A stretch of DNA of 63,687 nucleotides, the filler included, from Octopus bimaculoides (taxonomy: Eukaryota): assembly GCF_001194135.2 (NCBI RefSeq). It is 11 parts of 8 records of this genome, joined end to end, with 100 filler letters (N's around TTAATTAATTAA, not from the genome) between each part and the next. Parts side by side here need not be neighbours in the genome. Positions count along the whole stretch, not along the records: positions 53,898 to 55,705 come from NW_026326358.1; positions 55,806 to 60,826 come from NC_068994.1; positions 60,927 to 62,385 come from NC_068994.1; positions 62,486 to 63,687 come from NC_069004.1; 7 more parts are not named here. The stretch is one strand, 5' to 3'. Below, piece after piece: positions 53,898-63,687 of the stretch. Within the stretch, counting starts at the first letter, position 1, and each line of letters starts with the position of its first letter. Under the pieces are notes generated by a model. That model did not search any database, was not told the origin of the DNA, and was given only the letters and a program-made list of their open reading frames with translations. A program made the translations under genes and the position numbers.

Positions 53898-55705
53898 CGT
53901 ATTAAATACGATCGTTGACGCCAGGTGGTGCAGAAACGAATCTCGTATTAACTGCGATCTTACACGCAAGGTGCTACAGAAGAGACTCCAGTATTAAATG
54001 CGAACGTTGACGCAAGTTTCGGCAGTATAGGCTTACGTATTAAATACGACACTTGACGCAAGGTGGGGCAGAAACGACTTCCGCATTAAATACGATCTTA
54101 CACACAAGGTGCTTCAGAATAGACTCCCGTATTAAATGCGATCGTTGACGCAAGGTGCGCCAGAAAAACCTCCCGTATAAATTACGATCGTTGACGCAAT
54201 GTGTGGCAGGAAAACCTCCGGTATTAAATGCGATCCTTGACGCAAGGCAGGGCAGAAACAATTCGCGTATTAAATACAATCTTACACGCAAGGTGCTGCA
54301 GAATAGACTCCCGTATTCTATACGTATTTTGACGCAATGTGCGGCAGAAAAACCTCCCGTATTAAATACGATCGTTGACGCAAGGTGGGGCAGAAACGAC
54401 TCACGTATTAAATACNNNNNNNNNNATACGATCGTTGACGCAAGGTGGGGCAGAAACGACTCACGTATTAAATACGATCTTACACGCAAGGTGCTACAGA
54501 ATAGACTCCCGTATTAAATGCGATCGTTGACGCCAGCTGCGCCAGTAGAGTCTCCCGTATTAAACTCGATCGTTGACGCTAGGTTCGGCAGTATAGACTC
54601 CCGGATTAAATGCGATCGTTGGCGCAATGTATGGCAGAAAATCCTCCCGTATTAAATACGATCGTTGACGCTATGTGCGGCAGAAAAACCTCCCGTATTA
54701 AATACGATCGTTGACGCCAGGTGGTGCAGAACCGAATCCCGTATTAACTGCGATCTTACACGCAAGGTGCTGCAGAATAGACTCCAGTATTAAATGCGAA
54801 CGTTGACGCAACGTGAGGCAGAAACGACTTCCGTATTANNNNNNNNNNNNNNNNNNNNNNNNNNNNNNNNNNNNNNNNNNNNNNNNNNNNNNNNNNNNNN
54901 NNNNNNNNNNNNNNNNNNNNNNNNNNNNNNNNNNNNNNNNNNNNNNNNNNNNNNNNNNNNNNNNNNNNNNNNNNNNNNNNNNNNNNNNNNNNNNNNNNNN
55001 NNNNNNNNNNNNNNNNNNNNNNNNNNNNNNNNNNNNNNNNNNNNNNNNNNNNNNNNNNNNNNNNNNNNNNNNNNNNNNNNNNNNNNNNNNNNNNNNNNNN
55101 NNNNNNNNNNNNNNNNNNNNNNNNNNNNNNNNNNNNNNNNNNNNNNNNNNNNNNNNNNNNNNNNNNNNNNNNNNNNNNNNNNNNNNNNNNNNNNNNNNNN
55201 NNNNNNNNNNNNNNNNNNNNNNNNNNNNNNNNNNNNNNNNNNNNNNNNNNNNNNNNNNNNNNNNNNNNNNNNNNNNNNNNNNNNNNNNNNNNNNNNNNNN
55301 NNNNNNNNNNNNNNNNNNNNNNNNNNNNNNNNNNNNNNNNNNNNNNNNNNNNNNNNNNNNNNNNNNNNNNNNNNNNNNNNNNNNNNNNNNNNNNNNNNNN
55401 NNNNNNNNNATGTGCGGCAGAAAAACCTCCCGTATTAAATACGATCGTTGACGCAAGGTGCGGCAGAAAAACCTCCCATATTAAATACGATCGTTGACGC
55501 CAGGTGGTGCAGAAACGAATCCCGTATTAACTGCGATCTTACACGCAAGGTGCTGCAGAATAGACTCCAGTATTAAATGCGAACGTTGACGCAAGGTTCG
55601 GCAGTATCGACTTCCGTATTAAATACGACACTTGACGTAAGGTGAGGCAGAAACTACTTCCGTATTAAATACGATCTTACACGCAAGGTGCTTCAGAATA
55701 GACTC
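53898..55705. repeat. 46-bp tandem satellite with higher-order repeats
   Basis: Consensus approximately cgtattaaatacgatcgttgacgcaaggtgcggcagaaaaacctcc; about 25 visible units, bounded and interrupted by gaps. Confidence 0.95.
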
Positions 55706-55851
55706 NNNNNNNNNNNNNNNNNNNNNNNNNNNNNNNNNNNNNNNNNNNNTTAATTAATTAANNNNNNNNNNNNNNNNNNNNNNNNNNNNNNNNNNNNNNN
55801 NNNNNATATTATTTATATTATTATGGGATTGAACGCCACGCATCTATTTCC

Positions 55852-55891
<40 letters not shown>

Positions 55892-56101
55892 TATATATAT
55901 GTAACTCACTGATCAGTATAGAGAAATCTCAACCGGTGCTTTAGAGCAATTACGATCTCTGTCAGTATATATGTATACAATTTTGTGCAGTTTAGCTCTT
56001 ATTTCTAGCAGTGTAGGTGTTCTGACACCCCTAGTCATCACATTGCACCCAACTATCTATATTAATTAATGTAAGTATATATATGTGTGTGTGTATGTGT
56101 G

Positions 56102-56155
<54 letters not shown>

Positions 56156-56564
56156 TGTGTGTGTATGTTTGTGTGTCTGTGTTTGTCACCCCAACATCGC
56201 TTGACAACCGATGCTGGTGCGTTTAGATCCCCGTAACGTAGCGGTTCGGCAAAACAGGCCGATAGAATAAGTACTAGGCTTNNNNNNNNNNNNNNNNNNN
56301 NNNNNNNNNNNNNNNNNNNNNNNNNNNNNNNNNNNNNNNNNNNNNNNNNNNNNNNNNNNNNNNNNNNNNNNNNNNNNNNNNTATATATGTATATATATAT
56401 ATATATATATATACAACAAACGGAAAATAGACATACCTGTATATATAATTCAAAAAATTCGCACTCAGGAAACCTTGAGTGATGTGAAACTGAGTCAGAT
56501 AATTATGGCATAAATGTTTACTCCAACTAAAGTACTGATTGATGCTTTCTTTCGTCTGTGCACA

Positions 56565-57065
56565 CGCGTGGCTGTGTGGTAAGAAGCTTGCTTCCCAATC
56601 ACATGGTTCCAGGTTCAGTTGCACTGTGTAGCATCTTGGGCTAATATCTTCTATTATAGCTGCGGGCCAACCAAACACTTATGATTGAATTTGGTAGGCG
56701 GAAACTGAAAGAAACCCGTCGTGTGTGTATGTATGTATCTATGTATATTGTTTGTGTATGTATGTATGTATATATGTTGTTTGTGTGTATGCGTGTATGT
56801 GTATGTGTGTATGTGTGCGTGTTTGCGCATGTGTGTATGTGTGCGTGTTTATGTGCGTGTATGTGTATGTGTGTTTCCCAACACCGCTTGACAGCTGTTG
56901 TTGGTTATGTGCATGTCCCCGTAACTTAGGGGTTCAGCAAAAGAGACTGGTAACAGGCTCAAGTAACAGGCTTAAAAGAAAGTATTGTGTGGGATCGATT
57001 CGTTCGACGAAAATTCTTCAAGAGGTGCTCCAGTATGACCGCAGTTAAATGACTGAAACAAAAAA
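56565..57065 (+). mobile_element. SINE family A, full length (another 3' half at 56160-56281)
   Basis: cgcgtggctgtgtggtaagaagcttgcttccc head, internal (TG/TATG)n, tail gactgaaacaaaa. Confidence 0.85.
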
Positions 57066-57077
57066 TGATAAAATATA

Positions 57078-57111
<34 letters not shown>

Positions 57112-57994
57112 GTTGAAATTTGCAGAAAACAAAAGATGAGAACAGGTGAATAAACAACAAACTGGTGTATTAGTTTGACGTTCGGGAAAGCGAGAAAGTA
57201 TTCTATGTTTCGAGCCTACGCTCTTCAACAGAAAGGAACACGATGAAATGAACAGAAAAAGAATAAATATATATATGTACATACATATATATATACACAC
57301 ACACACACACATATACAAGTATATGCATGTATGTATGTATGTATCATGTATGTATGCATGTATATACGTATGTATGTGCGTGCGTACATGTGTGTGTTTG
57401 TGTGAGCACGCGCGTGTATGTGTATACATCCATGTATGAATGTAGTATAATTTTATCGTACCCGGTTGAAATTATTTCTTCACAATTACATAGGAAAGCT
57501 ATGAACATCACAACATCCATTTGTTCGTCACATCTAAAAACACTGGTCCTTTTCAGAGAGAATCATTTAGGTGTTTATTCGATCGAATCTCCTACGAGTC
57601 AACATGGGATTCCTTGACTATAAACGTAAACTTCTTTTGATTAGGGCATCTTTGACCCGACAAGTAGCTAACGGATTATCCCTCGTTTGGATAATTACTG
57701 CTTCCGAGGTTCTGCTAGCTATGATGCATATGTAGCCTGGATTTTATCTACTCCGTTCCCTTTTGGATTTTTATTCACAAACACAGCAACTTTTGTTGCT
57801 GGCTGTAAGCTATTAAGCAATCTTTTTCAGCCGATCGAACTTCGATACGGGAAAAATTTACAACTTTCTGTGTCAATAAATCACTATTGTTCTTGAAAGC
57901 AGTATTTTTCTTTATACCTTCTACGGATTGCTCGAAGCTCACTATCTTCCTACACTTTGATCCTTGGATCTTATATATATATATATATATATAT

Positions 57995-58260
57995 ATTATT
58001 TGTTTCAGTTATTTGACTGCGGCTACGCGGGAGCACCGCCTTTAGTCGAGCAAACCGATCCCAGGACGTATTCTTTGTAAGCCTAGAACTTATTCTATCG
58101 GTCTCTTTTGCCGAACCGCTAAGTTACGAGGACGTAAACGCACCGGCATCGGTTGTCAAGTGATGTTGTGGGGACAAACACAGATACACACACACACACG
58201 TACATATATGCGACGGGTTTCTTTTAGTTTCCGTCTACCAAATCCACTCACAAGGCTTTG
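57995..58260 (-). mobile_element. SINE family A running into a gap
   Basis: Near-consensus sequence. Confidence 0.85.
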
Positions 58261-58807
58261 NNNNNNNNNNNNNNNNNNNNNNNNNNNNNNNNNNNNNNNN
58301 NNNNNNNNNNNNNNNNNNNNNNNNNNNNNNNNNNNNNNNNNNNNNNNNNNNNNNNNNNNNNNNNNNNNNNNNNNNNNNNNNNNNNNNNNNNNNNNNNNNN
58401 NNNNNNNNNNNNNNNNNNNNNNNNNNNNNNNNNNNNNNNNNNNNNNNNNNNNNNNNNNNNNNNNNNNNNNNNNNNNNNNNNNNNNNNNNNNNNNNNNNNN
58501 NNNNNNNNNNNNNNNNNNNNNNNNNNNNNNNNNNNNNNNNNNNNNNNNNNNNNNNNNNNNNNNNNNNNNNNNNNNNNNNNNNNNNNNNNNNNNNNNNNNN
58601 NNNNNNNNNNNNNNNNNNNNNNNNNNNNNNNNNNNNNNNNNNNNNNNNNNNNNNNNNNNNNNNNNNNNNNNNNNNNNNNNNNNNNNNNNNNNNNNNNNNN
58701 NNNNNNNNNNNNNNNNNNNNNNNNNNNNNNNNNNNNNNNNNNNNNNNNNNNNNNNNNNNNNNNNNNNNNNNNNNNNNNNNNNNNNNNNNNNNATGTATGT
58801 ATGTATG

Positions 58808-58838
<31 letters not shown>

Positions 58839-59129
58839 TGCTTGCATTCGATCGATTAAATGGAGCCGCCTGAAAAGGTCGTATTGCATTAATTCCTCAC
58901 ATCCTATTACTTATTTGATTTATATATATTGGGTTGGTGCACAACATTAAATGAAATAGAGAAATACAATTGACAAACTAAAAAAATTATTTACATTATA
59001 GTATAATATACTACATAAAGATATAATACAATTATACCCTTTTATCTGTGGTATTCAACTATTGTACCAGTGAGAATAGGGTGCTTTGCATCCCTTTGAA
59101 GGAATTGTCTTTTCCTTCGTTTGATTTAT

Positions 59130-59506
59130 ATATACTCTTTTACTCTTTTACACCTTTATTTGTTTCAGTCTTTTGACTGTGGCCATGCTGGGGCACCGCC
59201 TTTAGTCGAGCGAATCGACCCCCAGGACTTATTCTTTGGAAGTCTAGTACTTATTCTATCGGTCTCTTTTGCCGAACCGCTAAGTTACGGGGACCTAAAC
59301 ACACCAGCATCGATTGTCAAGCGATGTTGGGGGGACAAACACAGACACACAAACACATACACACACATACATATATATACATATATACGACGGGCTTCTT
59401 TCAGTTTCTGTCTACCAAATCCACTAACAAGGCTTTGGTCGGCCCGAGGCTATAGTAGAAGACACTTGCCCAAGATGCCACGCAGTGGGACTGAACCCGG
59501 AAGCAT
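59130..59506 (-). mobile_element. SINE family A, near full length
   Basis: Near-identical to 16550-16904. Confidence 0.9.
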
Positions 59507-60413
59507 NNNNNNNNNNNNNNNNNNNNNNNNNNNNNNNNNNNNNNNNNNNNNNNNNNNNNNNNNNNNNNNNNNNNNNNNNNNNNNNNNNNNNNNNNNNNNN
59601 NNNNNNNNNNNNNNNNNNNNNNNNNNNNNNNNNNNNNNNNNNNNNNNNNNNNNNNNNNNNNNNNNNNNNNNNNNNNNNNNNNNNNNNNNNNNNNNNNNNN
59701 NNNNNNNNNNNNNNNNNNNNNNNNNNNNNNNNNNNNNNNNNNNNNNNNNNNNNNNNNNNNNNNNNNNNNNNNNNNNNNNNNNNNNNNNNNNNNNNNNNNN
59801 NNNNNNNNNNNNNNNNNNNNNNNNNNNNNNNNNNNNNNNNNNNNNNNNNNNNNNNNNNNNNNNNNNNNNNNNNNNNNNNNNNNNNNNNNNNNNNNNNNNN
59901 NNNNNNNNNNNNNNNNNNNNNNNNNNNNTATATATACATATATATATATACATACACACACACACACACTGAAAAGGAATGATTTGAAGGAGGCTTTGAC
60001 TGCTATTTCTAGTAGTTTGAGCAACTCCCACTTCGAATCTCCCCAGGGATTATTGGCAACACTTGAGTATCAAACTGAAGGCAATGCAGTTAAATATTTT
60101 CTTCTTCTTCTCCTGTTCTGTGTTCGAATCTCACCAGAGTCATCTTAGCGTTTCATGTTCTCGGAGATAAGGAAGATATATGAGATGATGGTGGTGGGGA
60201 GTGAGGAAGCTTGATATAACACATACCAGTCTAGAAAAGTTACAGAATTGGTCCTGTTCGTGCCATGTCGTACGAAATCTCTAGTCGTTTGGTTTCGGGG
60301 TGACGAGCATCGTCACGTTGACAGAGATAGTTATTTAAACCCAGGGTAGCTGTGATCGAACTGACCTTTGATCAAAAAGCATCTTTTTTCAGTCATTGTC
60401 TTATTCCTTAAGG

Positions 60414-60678
60414 CTATGGTTCTCAAATATTTTTTGCCCTTTGGCTCCTTAGGGTAGGGTGACCCTCATAGCCATTCAATGTTTAAAAATTCCCATATAT
60501 TTTTATTATTCAATGTTGTTAGTAATTATATCCAAAAATGTTTAGATATTCTGTGTATTGTAGATGAATAACCAGTTTATTGCATATGAATTTTATCAAC
60601 AAAATCATATATGGACCCTTAAGTGTCAAGTGGACCCCCCCCCCCAACAGTCACGTGGATCTTGGTTGAGAACCACTG
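60414..60678. mobile_element. hAT-type MITE
   Basis: Ends ctatggttctcaa / ttgagaaccactg match the CAGTGGTTCTCAA hAT terminus; 8-bp TSD is degenerate. Confidence 0.55.
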
Positions 60679-62504
60679 CTTTAAAATGAGATTATTTAAG
60701 TCTTCTTTAAGGTGGCGAACTGACAAAATCATTATAGCCCCGGGCTGGCGTGCTAATGATTCTGCCAGCTCACCGCTTTCATCTTCCCAAATAGTAAAAA
60801 AAATGTCTCTTGCTTTTTACACACACNNNNNNNNNNNNNNNNNNNNNNNNNNNNNNNNNNNNNNNNNNNNTTAATTAATTAANNNNNNNNNNNNNNNNNN
60901 NNNNNNNNNNNNNNNNNNNNNNNNNNTATATATATATAATTTTCTTTATACCAACTTTTGAAGCTAAATTGTATGCATTGTTTGATGAACATAGATTATT
61001 AAAAGAATGTCACACTATCTATAACCATTATACATTCTTCTATCAATTATATGAAATGTGTCATCTATTTTACATATGATAAACGTGATCAAGCAATGGA
61101 AATTTGCAATATCATCAGATACTGAGACATTACTAATTATAACACGTAATAGCAATGCAATTAATATTTAAGATTTGTTAATTGTCTTTCTTTATATTCT
61201 TCTGTACATGATTAATTTCTGATAATTAAACATTAGTGTTACCAGCACCCGTTTCTTGTTCCACGTTCTTTTATTGATTCAATATATTTCTCTACACCTA
61301 TTCAAAATGTAAATAATGTTGACGTCACTTCAACCTGAACCATTGCTTCTCTTTGTATTTCAGCTGACTACTTACAATGAAGTACCATCATTAGTATTTG
61401 TGCACATGCCCCTCGTAAATCACGATGTTGTTACTTGTTATGATTTTAATGATGATTAATGTGGCGAGCTGGTAAGATCGTTAACAATGCGGAATTATAC
61501 TTTTGCGGCATTTTGCTCCGGCATATCGCATCGTAATTCCACATCACGCTAAGGCCGTCTACTTTGTCATTCACTCGACAGCGGTCGATATAATAAAAGT
61601 CCAGTGAAGTAAGTGAGTCGAGATAATCGTCTAACCCTTCCCTTTAAAAGTCTTGAATTTGTGTCTAAATGAGAAGCATTATTTTATCGCTAATTAAGGT
61701 GACACTCCCTCAAATGGCGTCTCGGCCGTAATTGCCCTTCATTCTCTCGGTGTCAATAAAATAAATATCAGGCAAATGGTGGATCGATTTCATCGCAGAC
61801 ACCGTCCCCAAACATTGGGCCTGTGCTAGAAGCAATTGTTGTATTGCTTGTCATTGCTTATTCAAAGAGAAGGTCTGCCCGAGAGCTATGCCTGCTCTGT
61901 GAAACGATGATGTGAGTGTGAACACAACCTGAAAGGGTTCGAATGAAGAAAGATGCACTGGTCGAATTGGTGAACGTGGGTTGCTTGTGTTGGGTTAGAG
62001 AAGAGAAGGTGAGTGTAGGAAATATGAAGGTTTCTAGTGAGTGCAGTTGTAGGTGACATGCTGGCTCAGAGGAAATCTGTTCTACAATTTTACACCAATA
62101 TGTGTGTGCGTGTATGTGTGTACGTGCATTTGCGTGTGTGTATCTACATCACTTGAACAAACGCATATATACATACACACATAAATAGATACACACACAT
62201 ACATACACGCGCGCACACGCACATACTCACACGCACATACTCACACGCACATACATACATACAAACATGTACATATATATACATATATATATACATACAT
62301 ACATACATACATCCGATATCCGAAACTCGGAGTCTTATTATGGCAACAGAATATAATTGACGCATATTATATAACATATATATATNNNNNNNNNNNNNNN
62401 NNNNNNNNNNNNNNNNNNNNNNNNNNNNNTTAATTAATTAANNNNNNNNNNNNNNNNNNNNNNNNNNNNNNNNNNNNNNNNNNNNAATTTTAGAGTTCGG
62501 ATTC

Positions 62505-62590
62505 TAGAGTTAGGGTTAGTTTTAGGGTTAGGGTTAGGGTTACGGTTACGGTTAACAGTCTAGTTAGGGTTACGGTTACGGTTAGGGGAT
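62505..62590 (+). repeat. Interstitial telomere-like repeats (TTAGGG with TTACGG variants), probably internal to a non-autonomous DNA element
   Basis: ttagggttagttttagggttagggttagggttacggttacgg. Confidence 0.75.
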
Positions 62591-62949
62591 TAATACGATA
62601 TACACCGTTACAGCGCTAACTGTTTTCAACTGAATAGACGTCAGTGATTAGTAGAAATTATCGAAATAAGACAATTTTTTACATGAAATAAATTCGAATA
62701 CAAAAATTTTTTTCTGTTCTATAACACAAAATAGATAAGTATACGAAGTTTGAAAGTCTTTCGGTACCAAAAACACTACATAAAACATAAATGAAAACTG
62801 GTGCCCCCGTTTTAAAATAGATCCCATTTTTAGTCTTCTCGTTTCCGAGAACAGTCGAGTTTATTTCAGATATTATCATTTAAAAAATCATCTCTGGCCA
62901 AACGTTAGTGTTGCCTTGGCGGAGTTTTGCGCTCGAGTAAGTTTTGTTT

Positions 62950-63160
62950 TCTCTTTCATGTTTTAACTTGTTTCCCTCATTTCATTGCGGCCATGCTGGA
63001 GCATCGCTTTGATGGGTTTTAGTCAAACAAATCGACCCAAGGACTTAACATTTTTTTTTAATACCTAGTACTTATTCTATCGGTCTTTTTTTTCGAACCA
63101 CTAGATTACGGGGGCGTAAACACACCAACACCGGTGGTCAAGCGGTTCTGGGTCACACAC
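62950..63160 (-). mobile_element. SINE family A, 3' half
   Basis: gcggccatgctggagcatcgc...cctagtacttattctatcggtc...gtaaacacacc. Confidence 0.8.
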
Positions 63161-63174
63161 ACAGACAGCAGCGC

Positions 63175-63290
63175 ATGAAAAGAAAAGGTGACTTTTCCCG
63201 GTTAATCTTCGCTTCCGTTACCGCTTCGTATTCTTTTAGTGTCTCGCCGACCAGGTCAGTATGCCTGTGGCTCGACACTGTCACGGTGAG
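63175..63290 (-). mobile_element. L1/Tx1-like RT fragment
   Basis: VTVSSHRHTDLVGETLKEYEAVTEAKINREKS resembles the Tx1-type region after YADD (...YE.VTGAKIN..KS). Confidence 0.6.
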
Positions 63291-63687
63291 GTATATACAG
63301 TCTGTGTTCCTGCCTTTCAAGAGATTATGGCGAACAGTTTTATGGTCCTGCAATATTTGTGACAGACACTTTCGTCCAGTCAGAAAATCCTGTTGTATAT
63401 CATTTAAGAGGTTGTTTTTTCACAAGGAACGTGTAGTGGAGTCACCAGAATGTAGTGTGTTTTTGTTGAGTGTCGGTGCGATAGGCATGTGTTTGCCTGA
63501 GAAATGACAAAGTGATAACTGGTTCAATTATAACATTTTTATTAGCTGGAGTTAATAAATACTAATTGCCACTACATTCAATTTTAACAACTTGCTTCGA
63601 GTTGCTAGAAATATGATGGAACCAGGATATGTTCGTGTGTGTGTGTGTGTGTTCGTTCTCTCATCTTGCTTGGCCGGCGAAAAATCT

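Noticed and set aside
54358-54463. Exact duplicate unit across a 10-N gap (a similar 10-N gap at 22427-22436)
   Set aside because: Unmerged contig overlap.
53898-55705. CRISPR-like appearance (palindromic repeat plus variable part)
   Set aside because: The variable parts are related to each other and recur in order, there are no unique spacers or cas genes, and the context is eukaryotic.
61365-61460. Strong acceptor tttgtatttcag|CTGACTACTTACAATGA
   Set aside because: Could be an alternative terminal exon, but there is no donor or phase evidence linking it to the model.
62505-62590. True telomere or chromosome end
   Set aside because: Short, degenerate and internal, with ordinary sequence beyond it.

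Overview
Eukaryotic, AT-rich, heavily gapped draft sequence saturated with microsatellites. The SINE and Penelope repeat families look like those of an octopus genome (inference from recognised repeat sequence; species not proven). Nearly all ORFs in the supplied track are microsatellite or N-run artefacts. Supportable content: many tRNA-headed SINEs of 3-4 families; decayed RLE-type, CR1/L2-like, L1/Tx1-like and Penelope-like retroelement fragments; two mariner-type transposase relics; several MITEs; cryptic minisatellites; and a 46-bp satellite with higher-order structure. Three signals stand out. (1) A hammerhead-ribozyme motif with an intact catalytic core (17626-17716) inside a 441-bp unit that starts to repeat and abuts a gap, resembling a retrozyme or Penelope pLTR. 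(2) A chain of very short, phase-compatible + strand exons (9-78 nt) spread over about 51 kb that splice into a coherent, possibly secreted protein I do not recognise. (3) The CpG-rich 46-bp satellite, whose units carry a dyad. Repeat coordinates are approximate; exon, ribozyme, TIR and TSD coordinates were counted by hand.
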